A stretch of DNA of 62,290 bases from a virus (lineage: Duplodnaviria; Caudoviricetes), in IMG/VR virus record IMGVR_UViG_3300017963_000048, positions 1-62,290 of that record, one strand, 5' to 3'. The translations under genes were made by a program, and so were the position numbers. Shown here in pieces: positions 28,690 to 38,300 of the stretch. The notes under the pieces are model-generated. The model had not been told where the DNA came from and made no database searches. It saw only the letters and a program-made list of their open reading frames with translations. The stretch's first letter is position 1; every line of letters begins with the position of its first letter.

Positions 28690-29612
28690 CAGCTGAAGAT
28701 TTCTCCTGTTTCACTGTTGCGATAGCTGACTGAGCACCGGCAATTGGTCAAGCATTCACTGTCACCCTTGCCAGGGACAGTTTCAATGCCTAAATCTGGG
28801 TCAAAGTATAGGCCACGCTCGCCCACTGGCACCCAACCAAGCGCACCACGCCTTAAGCACGTGTCACAGTTTTCAGCCAGTTCGTCAACGTCCCAAAAGC
28901 CTTCATCCACACCCCACTCTTTGGCCAGTTTTGCATAAGCACGTTCATTCATGTAATTAGCTGAATTAACATACATCTGCATTCTGGCTCTAATAGCAGC
29001 TTCAGACATGCCAGGCACCGCATTTTCAAAGCCATCCAAAAAAGCATATTGATCTTGCAGTGCACGCCCAATCACGCCCCAATCACTTTGTGTCATGCGC
29101 TCGCGGCCACCAATGGCAGACAAGTATTGTCTAACATATTCATCTTTGATGGTTTGGCGAAATGAGTTTTTCCAGTCAGTGATGCTGAGCACACCATCTG
29201 CCACATATTGTGCCAAAATTTCAGTGCTGGCATTGGTGGCATCTATAGATTCCCAAGCCATTTGCAAAGCCACGGCACGTGACAAAAACCTACCATCTTG
29301 ATCGCGATAACGTTTGGCAGCTTCATCCCAATACCACGTGGTATCTGTCTGTCTGAAAATGGACAAAACATCTAACTCTTTGGGTGGCCAGCTGCGCACA
29401 CCACGCAAAATCTCCTGCCATGCTTCAGCTGCTTGGTTAAATTGCGCAGCAGCACGCCTGACGCTCTCAGCATCTAAGGCAATATCATAGGCACTGCGCT
29501 GAAAATAAGGTGAATAATCATTTTTTAACTTGGTCAAAAATTCATCTTGCTCTGGGCCTTGCCAACCACTGACATCTATCAACTTGGCTGCTGGCTGCTT
29601 AGGTTTGGTCAT
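28689..29612 (-). CDS. Minor head morphogenesis protein (MuF-like)
   Basis: YRD..GRFLS; AENCDTC...PG....CLTNCRC; follows portal. Confidence 0.75.
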   Translation of the reverse strand: MTKPKQPAAKLIDVSGWQGPEQDEFLTKLKNDYSPYFQRSAYDIALDAESVRRAAAQFNQAAEAWQEILRGVRSWPPKELDVLSIFRQTDTTWYWDEAAKRYRDQDGRFLSRAVALQMAWESIDATNASTEILAQYVADGVLSITDWKNSFRQTIKDEYVRQYLSAIGGRERMTQSDWGVIGRALQDQYAFLDGFENAVPGMSEAAIRARMQMYVNSANYMNERAYAKLAKEWGVDEGFWDVDELAENCDTCLRRGALGWVPVGERGLYFDPDLGIETVPGKGDSECLTNCRCSVSYRNSETGEIFS

Positions 29613-31281
29613 CGTCAGCCTCCCACGCAGGCGGGTCAAGCAGCTGTGCAAATTCTGGTGTCTGCCGGTTGGCTGTGGCCACCGCTCGATTGACATCTGC
29701 TTCCGTGATGTCAAAATCTTCACCTTCATAAAGCGCCTCAGTTTCAGCTTGACGTTGCACCACATAAGACGGCACCGCGTGGCTGCGTCTTTGTAGTAAG
29801 TTTTCCCCACTTTCCCAGAGCACCTGCACCCTGCGCTGTGGATAATGATAACGCACCACTTGTTCGTGCGGGAAAAGCTCAGCAGCACGATGAATGCGTG
29901 GGCTGCTGAGCAATTCATCACGCTTGCGCCTAAGTGCCATTTGTGACTTTGTTGCTACAGCAACAGCTGCATGTGCACGCTCCACAGCCCCACCTTCATC
30001 ATCGTCAATGATGGAAGGTTCCTCTTCCTCGGTCCAAGCCGGGTCAATAATGTTTTTAGATGCCAGCAAAATGCGAAACTCCTCACGTGAGATACCACCC
30101 TGGCCATCATTGCCAATGGCCGCTTCGCGCACAGTTCTGAAAGCTGTGGCCCAAGCTTGCGTCACTGCCGCGGCACTTATTTCACTATCATCGTCTCGGT
30201 CATCAAATTCAAACACCACGCTGCTGGGCGCAATGTCGGGGCGCATGATCGCATCTGTGAATGCCAGCGTGACATTTTTGGCACCCTTGCCACTAGCTTT
30301 GACGTGCTGAATGTCTGACTCGCCTGATCTACCCAGACCACCATATTTGACCGGGTAAAATTCGCTCGCATCATAGCCGAAAGCCAAAGCATATCCGTAC
30401 ATTAACAAACTGGTGAATACTTCACGATCAAAGTCACGTGGCAACTGACTGAGGGCCAATAGCTTGCCATCAATGTCTCGGTCACCACTGGCCAGCACAG
30501 CCACCGAGTCATAATATTGCCAGTTCTCACCCTCTAAATCTTGTTTACGCCCTAGCATAGCAGTTTTAAATTGCATTTCGGTGATGCCCTTCAGTAGCAT
30601 GATGCCGCGGGGTGCTTGGGCACCTAATTCTTCTTTGTCATGCAAGTGCACTGCGATCATGATCTGTGCCAAGTCAATGCAGCGTGACACTGCACAATAG
30701 CCTAAACCATTGTATTTCTCATCAGTGCTGACCTGACTGGCTGTTCTCAGATAATCGGTCGCCTTCCATTTTTGCAACTTGCCTTTTTGCGGTTTATATT
30801 TAATAGGATATTCGACATCACCAGTCAAAGCACAACGCGAAGAGTCAAGATGAAATAAACCACGCAGCGCGCCCATTTCACCAGCGCGCCCCAATTCAGC
30901 AGCCCCACCGAAATCTGTATTGTAGTAATTCTGCGCAAACGCCCCAAACCCCATGCGCCAACCAATCAAATCTGGAAACAGCACCCAATTGTGCAGCGCA
31001 TTGCTGAAGCGTATCGCTTGATTCCTGCCACCAGTCACCGACCACCCTCGATTGGCATCTATACTGGTGGCACCCAATAACACACCCCCCAAATGTGGTT
31101 CTAGCTTGGGGAAGTCTAGCAGCCAGCTGTCACGCTTGCGCGAGTCAGCTGCATAATCTGGCACGTCCATGCCTTTGATGTTTTTCTTGTACCATTGCAA
31201 AGTGCTGGTGAAAAATTCGTCAGCTTGCACGTCAACAGAAAAGCGTGGCTGCTTGGTATCTTGATAGTTTTGGTCACTCAT
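29599..31281 (-). CDS. Portal protein
   Basis: ~560 aa directly downstream of terminase; PRGIMLL, ALAFGYD motifs. Confidence 0.75.
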   Translation of the reverse strand: MSDQNYQDTKQPRFSVDVQADEFFTSTLQWYKKNIKGMDVPDYAADSRKRDSWLLDFPKLEPHLGGVLLGATSIDANRGWSVTGGRNQAIRFSNALHNWVLFPDLIGWRMGFGAFAQNYYNTDFGGAAELGRAGEMGALRGLFHLDSSRCALTGDVEYPIKYKPQKGKLQKWKATDYLRTASQVSTDEKYNGLGYCAVSRCIDLAQIMIAVHLHDKEELGAQAPRGIMLLKGITEMQFKTAMLGRKQDLEGENWQYYDSVAVLASGDRDIDGKLLALSQLPRDFDREVFTSLLMYGYALAFGYDASEFYPVKYGGLGRSGESDIQHVKASGKGAKNVTLAFTDAIMRPDIAPSSVVFEFDDRDDDSEISAAAVTQAWATAFRTVREAAIGNDGQGGISREEFRILLASKNIIDPAWTEEEEPSIIDDDEGGAVERAHAAVAVATKSQMALRRKRDELLSSPRIHRAAELFPHEQVVRYHYPQRRVQVLWESGENLLQRRSHAVPSYVVQRQAETEALYEGEDFDITEADVNRAVATANRQTPEFAQLLDPPAWEADDDQT

Positions 31282-31396
31282 TTTGCACCTCATCAAAAAT
31301 CACTTCTTCGGGGTTGGGTGGTGGTGATCCAGCCTGCGTTTCTAAGTGCGTCTCAAATATAATGGCTGGTGGTGCATACTCTTTTTTCTCTGGCAT
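31274..31396 (-). CDS. 40-aa RiPP-precursor-like peptide
   Basis: GAGGAG RBS; MPEKKEYAPPAIIFETHLETQAGSPPPNPEEVIFDEVQNE with YxxPxI and T-x-x-G-S-P; stop overlaps portal start. Confidence 0.7.
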   Translation of the reverse strand: MPEKKEYAPPAIIFETHLETQAGSPPPNPEEVIFDEVQNE

Positions 31397-31565
31397 AATT
31401 TTTCTCCTCAATCTAAACTGCTGTCCACTTGATTCAATGGCCAGCAAAATGAGCGCTGCACGCAAACAGCGCTTGACAGGACTTTGACCATAATCGACTG
31501 GTGTGCCATTCATTAGACTATATCCTTTTTATCATAATTTTATAGCTCATTCAATTATATCTTGC

Positions 31566-33116
31566 CTACATGGCCCAACCACCAGCACCTAAAAGATGAT
31601 ACCAGCCCCAATAGGCTGCATCTGCCAAGTCAAATGGCTTGGTTTTTGGGAAGCGCTCTAAAGCAGATTCTAGTGCATGCGTGGTGCCAATCACGTGGAT
31701 GACTTCACCGCGCTCGTAAGCGTGCAGCATCTGCTGACTCCTGTGCACTTTGCTACCGTGACCAGCACCAGCTTTGGCCTGAGCAAAACCAACACCATGA
31801 TTTTCTGGTATCTCACCAGCTTCAATCATAGTGACTAGCAGCTTCTCAAAAATAGATTCCCACGTGTCACCACCCTGGTCAGTTTCCACGCCTACAGTGC
31901 TGAAGCCATATTCCACAGCCTTCAAAATGGCTCTGCGTAAAACATCATCTGGGGTTGTAATGGATTCCCAACTGAAAAGCCGATAGAGTGTGCCAGTTGC
32001 GTCAACACCATCAGCTTGAATGCCCATGCTGTCACTGTCATCAGTGCTGGTGACAGCGGGGTCACACCACACCGAACCATAGACTAGATCAGGCAATTCT
32101 TTGAACGTGCAGCGCTGCCATTCAATGTGGTTCCAAATGCCACCTGGGGGTGCTTTCACTTCATGCTGTGACTCTTGTTTGAAGCTGGTCAAGCCATCAC
32201 GATTTATGATGTTTTGACAATCTTCAATGCTCTGCCCTTCCCACGTGGCACTGCCACCCATGATGACATATTTTCGCCGGTTTGTTTGTGGATCCGTCTG
32301 GATTTCAGTCACCAAATTATCAACAGCTTTGTGTGGCCCATTCACAGTTCGATCAAGCAAAAATTCAGCGCGCCCATCCACCAGCTGTGAAGCAATTGAA
32401 TTAGGATGAATGAGGTTTTGCACAAACATCACCGCAGCATTATTGCTGGCTGCTGGCAGCAGCGTGCGTGTGAGAGTTTCAATTTTTTTGGTGACAGTTT
32501 TCACACTGTCATGCTTGCCGTCAATGTCATCAATGATTAACCAGTCAGGACGGGCATCACCCACCTTTGACGAGCGCGCAGCTTTGTCAAGTCCCACAGC
32601 TTCAACCACAAAGCCACTGGCAGTGCGCAGAAAGTTACGTGTCCAACCACGTGACTGGCCAAACTTACCGACCTCGCGCCTGCTCATACTTGGATAGTAA
32701 TATTCCATCAATGGTGTTTCTAGCATGTCCGCAATATTAATGATGCGCTTGTCAGCTTGGTCTTGTGTCTCTTGAATATACCAACCGTACCGGCGTGCAG
32801 CCAAACATCCAATCATGACAGTGGCAGCTTCACAGATGGTGGTTTTACCACCACCACGCGGCCAAATGGCCACATAAGGAAAGGGGCGCACATCGGGTTG
32901 AATTGACCAAACATGCTTGACCAATGACTCGTGACGCGCCGCGAATGGTTTGCGTTTGATGTTTGGCAAGACTTTTTCCAGCCAATCGTCATAACCCGCA
33001 AAGCGCGTGTCTTTGTCATTCAAGTCAGGCACTTCTAGTGCGTCAACTACCAACTGACGAAGTGATTGAAATGAAGTCTCCTTGGATGGCTTGTAAAGCT
33101 GATCTATCTCGAACAT
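31566..33116 (-). CDS. terL: Terminase large subunit
   Basis: Walker A PRGGGKTT, Walker B LIIDD, nuclease WCDPA and DLADA. Confidence 0.92.
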   Translation of the reverse strand: MFEIDQLYKPSKETSFQSLRQLVVDALEVPDLNDKDTRFAGYDDWLEKVLPNIKRKPFAARHESLVKHVWSIQPDVRPFPYVAIWPRGGGKTTICEAATVMIGCLAARRYGWYIQETQDQADKRIINIADMLETPLMEYYYPSMSRREVGKFGQSRGWTRNFLRTASGFVVEAVGLDKAARSSKVGDARPDWLIIDDIDGKHDSVKTVTKKIETLTRTLLPAASNNAAVMFVQNLIHPNSIASQLVDGRAEFLLDRTVNGPHKAVDNLVTEIQTDPQTNRRKYVIMGGSATWEGQSIEDCQNIINRDGLTSFKQESQHEVKAPPGGIWNHIEWQRCTFKELPDLVYGSVWCDPAVTSTDDSDSMGIQADGVDATGTLYRLFSWESITTPDDVLRRAILKAVEYGFSTVGVETDQGGDTWESIFEKLLVTMIEAGEIPENHGVGFAQAKAGAGHGSKVHRSQQMLHAYERGEVIHVIGTTHALESALERFPKTKPFDLADAAYWGWYHLLGAGGWAM

Positions 33117-33825
33117 TGGCTTGAATACTCGACATGAGGGCTGACAGCATCAGCGTGACTGCACTGACTTGAATCAACACTCCTTGATCAATTTCAAGTT
33201 GCCTTTCAACTTGAATTAAATTTCTCTTATGCTTTTGGAATTTTTCAATCTCAATCCACTGCTGATAATCTTTGCTTCCTAAGCGTACCAAGTCAAAAAT
33301 TTCAGCCACCAGCTCTGTGGTTTTGTCACGTGCAGCTGCCACACGTTTAACGCGCTCAGTAGCATCATCCAAACGATTGGCACGTTCAATAGCTTTTTGC
33401 AATCGATCAATGTGATCCAAGCGTGTTTGCATTTGCAAAAATATTTCTTCACTACTTGACCCATTCAAATTGCGATAGAGTTCACTTAAGCGTGCTTCAG
33501 TGATCGCAATTTCATTTTGCAGCTGCATGACATCACCACGCTGCAAAGCAGACTCATAATCTTGGGCATAGCGTTTGGGGAGATAGGCCGAGTGTATGCC
33601 AGTTTTTGTGGCTGGTGCTGCAATGCCTTTCAAAGCAGTGCCCCCATGTGCTCTGCACTTTTGCTTGTCACCACTTTGTTTGGTGGCCAGCCCCATGCAC
33701 TGCCGTTTGTTGCGTCCACTCCAAGCTGTGCACCTACGCTTCCCAAAAAAACGGTGATTTTTGGGGAAATCTTTTTCGGGCACAAAATCTTTGGGCTTGG
33801 TGGTTTTACCTGTTTTTTTTGCCAT
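33043..33825 (-). CDS. Terminase small subunit-like protein (HGG motif)
   Basis: RCTA....KRQC...CRAHGG, KTGIHS; overlaps terL. Confidence 0.75.
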   Translation of the reverse strand: MAKKTGKTTKPKDFVPEKDFPKNHRFFGKRRCTAWSGRNKRQCMGLATKQSGDKQKCRAHGGTALKGIAAPATKTGIHSAYLPKRYAQDYESALQRGDVMQLQNEIAITEARLSELYRNLNGSSSEEIFLQMQTRLDHIDRLQKAIERANRLDDATERVKRVAAARDKTTELVAEIFDLVRLGSKDYQQWIEIEKFQKHKRNLIQVERQLEIDQGVLIQVSAVTLMLSALMSSIQANVRDRSALQAIQGDFISITSSVGS

Positions 33826-33958
33826 GTTTACCTCTGAGGGTTATCTAAAGCGCCCACGCTGCGTGCTGGTGTTGCTACAGCAACAGCTGAGCAACGCAGG
33901 GCAGCATGGGCACTTTGGGCAAGTCAATTCATGGGCTTTTCGCAGCCCATAGGATTTT

Positions 33959-34606
33959 TCAAGCTTCTAAGATACTTTCATCTTTCACCAAGTAGATGGC
34001 TGGCAAGCTGATCACGGTGACAATGGCTTTGAAGATGATCTGGCCACTGGTCAATTGAAGTGCAGCCCATACTGGCATGCTGTCACCACCAAAAAATGGT
34101 GGTAAGAGCACAAAGGCCAGCAGCGCAAATGTGAGCGAGTCAATGGGCAAAGATACTGCATTTGACATCAATACCCTTGACCATTGAGGCATGCGCGGCA
34201 ATTTCATTTTGACCACGTGAAAAATCTCAGTGTCTATGCTTTCACTTAAAATTTCAGCTGTGATGCTGCCAATGGTGATGGCTGGCACAATGGCAAAGAT
34301 GGCACCCCACGATTCAGCCAAACCATAAAAGGCTGGTGCTGGCAGCTGGCCAATGGCCCACAGATAGGCTGCTTGCACCACATTCAGGACACCAGCAGTT
34401 AAAATGGCTGCGCGTGCCCAATCACGTCCCAAGCGCTTATGGATGACATCGCGCAGCGTGAAAGTGAAGGCAAAAATGAACGTGCCTCCGGGAATCACAA
34501 TGCCCCACAACTCCACCAGCTTGGTGGCACCAATGTCAGCAATGGCTTGGCAAATGACATAAGCACCAATTAAATACACAATCGTTCTAATCGTTTTTCG
34601 ATTCAT
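33959..34606 (-). CDS. yhhQ: VUT/YhhQ-family queuosine-precursor transporter
   Basis: Multi-TM; GTFIFAFTFTLRD, GSITAEILSE..D, RVLMSNAVS.PIDS. Confidence 0.88.
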   Translation of the reverse strand: MNRKTIRTIVYLIGAYVICQAIADIGATKLVELWGIVIPGGTFIFAFTFTLRDVIHKRLGRDWARAAILTAGVLNVVQAAYLWAIGQLPAPAFYGLAESWGAIFAIVPAITIGSITAEILSESIDTEIFHVVKMKLPRMPQWSRVLMSNAVSLPIDSLTFALLAFVLLPPFFGGDSMPVWAALQLTSGQIIFKAIVTVISLPAIYLVKDESILEA

Positions 34607-34615
34607 AAAACTCCT

Positions 34616-34987
34616 TTAAAATATAATCTCAATCTGGCCGTGGTTGGCAGACTTGCCCGTTAAACTAAAAACTCCTATGCGTGCCTCATCAATCACACTA
34701 CACACATAGTTGAAAATCGTCAAAGCTAATTCTTCAAGCGTAGTGGGTTCATCTGTAATCATGTGCAAAGCTTGGTCAAACTCTGCCCAATCTGGCACCA
34801 ATGACCAATCAGCATCTTTTGACTCTTTGGCAGCCGGGTGCATGCACACAAATGACACCAACAGCAGCGCAGAAATGGCCGGATCATGCTGGTTTGGATC
34901 AGTCAGCTTGCAAGTGGCTTGCAGCTCTGTTTGGTATTCAATCATGGGTGCAGTGTTGTGGGGAATTTCTAACTTAATATATTTCAT
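34616..34987 (-). CDS. Possible QueF-like T-fold protein
   Basis: ELQATCKLT....D resembles QueF EFxxxCPxTxxPD; EELALTI helix; cluster context. Confidence 0.4.
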   Translation of the reverse strand: MKYIKLEIPHNTAPMIEYQTELQATCKLTDPNQHDPAISALLLVSFVCMHPAAKESKDADWSLVPDWAEFDQALHMITDEPTTLEELALTIFNYVCSVIDEARIGVFSLTGKSANHGQIEIIF

Positions 34988-36036
34988 CTATGTCTGCTCC
35001 TGCGTACACTTTTGAAAGTGAGCATCTGGTTAAAAACCAAGTCCACACCAGCCAGCTCTGTGGCCAGCGCATGGGCATTGGGTGCGTGCAGTTGCACAAA
35101 GTCATGCCATTCATCATCTGTGAATGTCAAACCACTTAAAATGGCATCTAGCATTTGATTGTAATCTGCAAAGCGGTATCGTTTAGGCAAGCCAAACACA
35201 TCATAGATTGGCTGATCAGCCAGCAGTGGTGTCAAGCCAAAAAAAAGCGCATTGACAACACTATATGGAAACACTTCTTGGCGTGCATCAGCCCACAAAT
35301 AACCCCCACCACTGCACAGCTGCTTTAAGCGTGACAGAGGCATGAAGCCAGTGAAGGTGATATTTGGATAAAGGCCATTCAGCGCTTGACTCCCTGTTGC
35401 CAAACATTCAATGTTTTCTCTTGCAGCCAGCTTTGCAAACTCAATAAAACGATCTTTGCCTTTGTCATAATCCCACCGGGCAGCATAGATCACGCGCTTA
35501 GCTGCACGCCAATTGACTGGCTTCACGCTGAAGTCAATGGGGTAGGGTTTTACCACTGGCCTGGCATAATCGGGCAGCAAGCTGGCTGCATGTTGACTGC
35601 CCACTATAATCTTGTCATAGCAATGGCATAGATACTCGTCAAAATTAGCAGCATGGGGAATCTGCTCAGCAACGTCACCCACCATGTGTGTGCTGCCATG
35701 ATATAAGGCCACCAGCTGTTTGTTGCTCAGGTCTAATCCAGCTGTGAAAATCTTATACATCAGCAAGGGCAGGAAGGGTGCCCAATAATCTGTGCATAAA
35801 ATCACGTCTGCCCATTCTAGCATTTGACAACTTGGCACTGAAGCAGACCAGTTTTGCACTTGCGTGCGGAAGTTTTCAGGCTTGTAGAATGTTTGATCAT
35901 AACCAAAGCGCTGCACATAAACATTTTTCGCAGCTGCCAGCACTTCCATGACTGGCTGCATGACCAATTCTTCACTGTGGCCAATTTTGCCTAACATTAA
36001 AATATTGACATCATTTTGCTTGGTTGGCATATTCAA
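34984..36036 (-). CDS. GT-B (GT4-like) glycosyltransferase
   Basis: VIYAARWDYDKG, FTGF, EVFPYSVVNAL. Confidence 0.8.
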   Translation of the reverse strand: MNMPTKQNDVNILMLGKIGHSEELVMQPVMEVLAAAKNVYVQRFGYDQTFYKPENFRTQVQNWSASVPSCQMLEWADVILCTDYWAPFLPLLMYKIFTAGLDLSNKQLVALYHGSTHMVGDVAEQIPHAANFDEYLCHCYDKIIVGSQHAASLLPDYARPVVKPYPIDFSVKPVNWRAAKRVIYAARWDYDKGKDRFIEFAKLAARENIECLATGSQALNGLYPNITFTGFMPLSRLKQLCSGGGYLWADARQEVFPYSVVNALFFGLTPLLADQPIYDVFGLPKRYRFADYNQMLDAILSGLTFTDDEWHDFVQLHAPNAHALATELAGVDLVFNQMLTFKSVRRSRHR

Positions 36037-37375
36037 TCACCTCCGAAAACTCATTCATCGCAAATGCAGTTTGACGCATAAAACAAGGCCCACATTCACC
36101 ACAGTGCAGTGGCCCATCTTCATAGCATGACCACGTTTTGTGCATAGGCGCATTCAGTTGCACACCCAATCGCACGATTTCATGCTTCATCAAATTGCCC
36201 ACAGGCATCTCAACATCTATTCTGGTGTTGACGTTCACACTGTAGGGCACCAAGTCAGCAAACAGCTTGGTGAAAATCATTTCATTGTCGGGGTACGCGC
36301 CGGCCTCTTCCAAATTATTGCCCAGCGCAATGACATCATAATGATTAGATTCCGCATAAGCCAAAGCCATTGCATAGAAAATCAGATTCCTGGCCGGTAC
36401 CCATTCATGCGCAAATTCAGCACCAGCAGCACCATGCTTCACAATGCTGGCTGCTGGATTGATCAAGCTGGTTTCCATGCCAGCAAAGACGGCCCGGGTA
36501 TCCACAAAGTCACAAGAGCAGCCCATTTCAAGTGCACAAGCCACCACTGCCTCACGCTCTCTGGCACTGGCTTTGCAGTCATAACCAAAGTGGAGCAAGC
36601 ACACATCATGCCCCGCGTGCACATATTGCTTGGCCGTCACCACTGAATCCAAGCCACCACTGCAAATGACCACCACACGTTTGACACCCGTTTTCTCTGG
36701 CAGCAGTGGAGTTTGCACGATTGACAAATCTGGCTGCACGTCAATGTAGGTATAAGCTGGCAGCTTTTGAATGTTGTCAGCTTCAGATTCCCGCAAGTAT
36801 TCTGGCAAGCTGGCGAATAATAAGAAACCAGCACCACGCAGCATATAGAGTGGTTTATAGTTGCAGGCCAAACTTAAAATACTAAGTTCTGGTGTTGACT
36901 TCATGATGGCCAATGCAAAGCTGCCCACAATTTCATTAGTGAGTGACAGATAAGGGTCATGCTGCAAAAACCAATAAGGCAACACCGCACTGTCAATATC
37001 TGATGTAGGATCTCTGTCAAGCTGCGCCCATAATTGCTTGTCATTGGCAATGATGCCATTATGACTGACGGCCACATGCCCCACAGCACTTTTTGCTGTA
37101 AAGGGCTGCACGTCATTCAGTGTTTTGGTTTTCACAAATTCGGTGGTGGGCTCAGCCCGCGTGTTGGCTATGATGATGTCAGGCACGCCAAGGTAATCAG
37201 CTGCCAAGCCACATGCAGCCAGGTCACTGCCAATGTGCTTGATCTCTTGGCCATCGCTGGTGATCAGTCCCACGCTGTCACGTCCGCGATCATTGGCACG
37301 CTGCAAAGTGCGCAAAAATCTTGCATAAACTTCAATATCTTTGTGATTAGTCTGTAAAGCCACTATACTGCACAT
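36011..37375 (-). CDS. queC: Gat-QueC fusion (class II glutamine amidotransferase + 7-cyano-7-deazaguanine synthase)
   Basis: N-terminal MCSI, RGRDSVG, SHNGII, DS; QueC SGGLDS, VPARN, YPD, SCY..CGECGPC. Confidence 0.93.
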   Translation of the reverse strand: MCSIVALQTNHKDIEVYARFLRTLQRANDRGRDSVGLITSDGQEIKHIGSDLAACGLAADYLGVPDIIIANTRAEPTTEFVKTKTLNDVQPFTAKSAVGHVAVSHNGIIANDKQLWAQLDRDPTSDIDSAVLPYWFLQHDPYLSLTNEIVGSFALAIMKSTPELSILSLACNYKPLYMLRGAGFLLFASLPEYLRESEADNIQKLPAYTYIDVQPDLSIVQTPLLPEKTGVKRVVVICSGGLDSVVTAKQYVHAGHDVCLLHFGYDCKASAREREAVVACALEMGCSCDFVDTRAVFAGMETSLINPAASIVKHGAAGAEFAHEWVPARNLIFYAMALAYAESNHYDVIALGNNLEEAGAYPDNEMIFTKLFADLVPYSVNVNTRIDVEMPVGNLMKHEIVRLGVQLNAPMHKTWSCYEDGPLHCGECGPCFMRQTAFAMNEFSEVIEYANQAK

Positions 37376-38298
37376 GCTAACAACTCCTGATAACGTTTCT
37401 CCACATTCAAAAAACCTTCTACAGCTGAAGCCACATAAGGAAATGAAGCGACAACCATGTACATTTTAGGACCAACCCCACGCGGACCAATCATTTCACC
37501 ATAATTTTTTTGCATCCATTTGATCATCAGCCAATAGGCCATGCTTGAAAGATAGGCATAATAATAATGTGCATCTTTGGTTTTACTGTGCTCAAAAAAT
37601 TCAGTAAGGTCAACGCCGAGGGGTTCGAGCAAGTGCCACAGCTGCAAAAACTTGTTTCTGTCAAAGTCACGATTCCTGCGCTGCATGGTGAATTGATTCA
37701 TGGTGCCAAACTTATAATCAAAAACCTGAATGCGCCCGAATACCGGCGCACTCATCCACGTGCTGCTGTCAAAACTATACCAAGGGAAGCGCTTCAAAAT
37801 CTCCCAAGTAGTCACGCCGAATGCGTGATATTTGCAGCCCGTTTCTTCAGCAATTCTGAAAGCATCCACAAAGCGTGACTGCGCACCTTTCGACATCAAA
37901 CTGGTGCCTGCAATGCCACCAATCGCAATGTAGTCAGTTTGGGCAGCATATTTTTTTAACCATTTTATATCTTCACCAGCATGGTAGACTGGCAGCGTAT
38001 GCACCCCCATATCTTTTAAAATCAGCCAATTGTCAAATGACTTGGCTGCACTTGTAACCACATCTAAATTCGATATCGCAGTGAAATAACCATCCCACTT
38101 GGTCAACCAAATTGCATAATCTTTGGGCGAAATGTGAAACCCCTGATTCCCGGCTGTGAAAGCACCACTGTCAGCAAACAAGTCAAAGTCAACATGATCA
38201 CGGAATGGGTCAAAAATTTCACTGAGATTTTTGTTCTTAGCATAATGATATGAAATTAGGATGCTAACTTTAGGCTTAACTGGTGGTGTGCTAGTCAT
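37363..38298 (-). CDS. TGT-fold DpdA-like guanine transglycosylase
   Basis: DSGAFT, LDV, PVYH, IAIGG, HAFG, SFDSSTW; adjacent to queC. Confidence 0.78.
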   Translation of the reverse strand: MTSTPPVKPKVSILISYHYAKNKNLSEIFDPFRDHVDFDLFADSGAFTAGNQGFHISPKDYAIWLTKWDGYFTAISNLDVVTSAAKSFDNWLILKDMGVHTLPVYHAGEDIKWLKKYAAQTDYIAIGGIAGTSLMSKGAQSRFVDAFRIAEETGCKYHAFGVTTWEILKRFPWYSFDSSTWMSAPVFGRIQVFDYKFGTMNQFTMQRRNRDFDRNKFLQLWHLLEPLGVDLTEFFEHSKTKDAHYYYAYLSSMAYWLMIKWMQKNYGEMIGPRGVGPKMYMVVASFPYVASAVEGFLNVEKRYQELLACAV

Positions 38299-38300
38299 GC

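Noticed and set aside
36011-38298. Type IV CBASS or QatABCD defence system
   Set aside because: No CD-NTase, effector, TatD or QatA-type ATPase nearby; YhhQ, ParB-like and terminase context fits DNA modification
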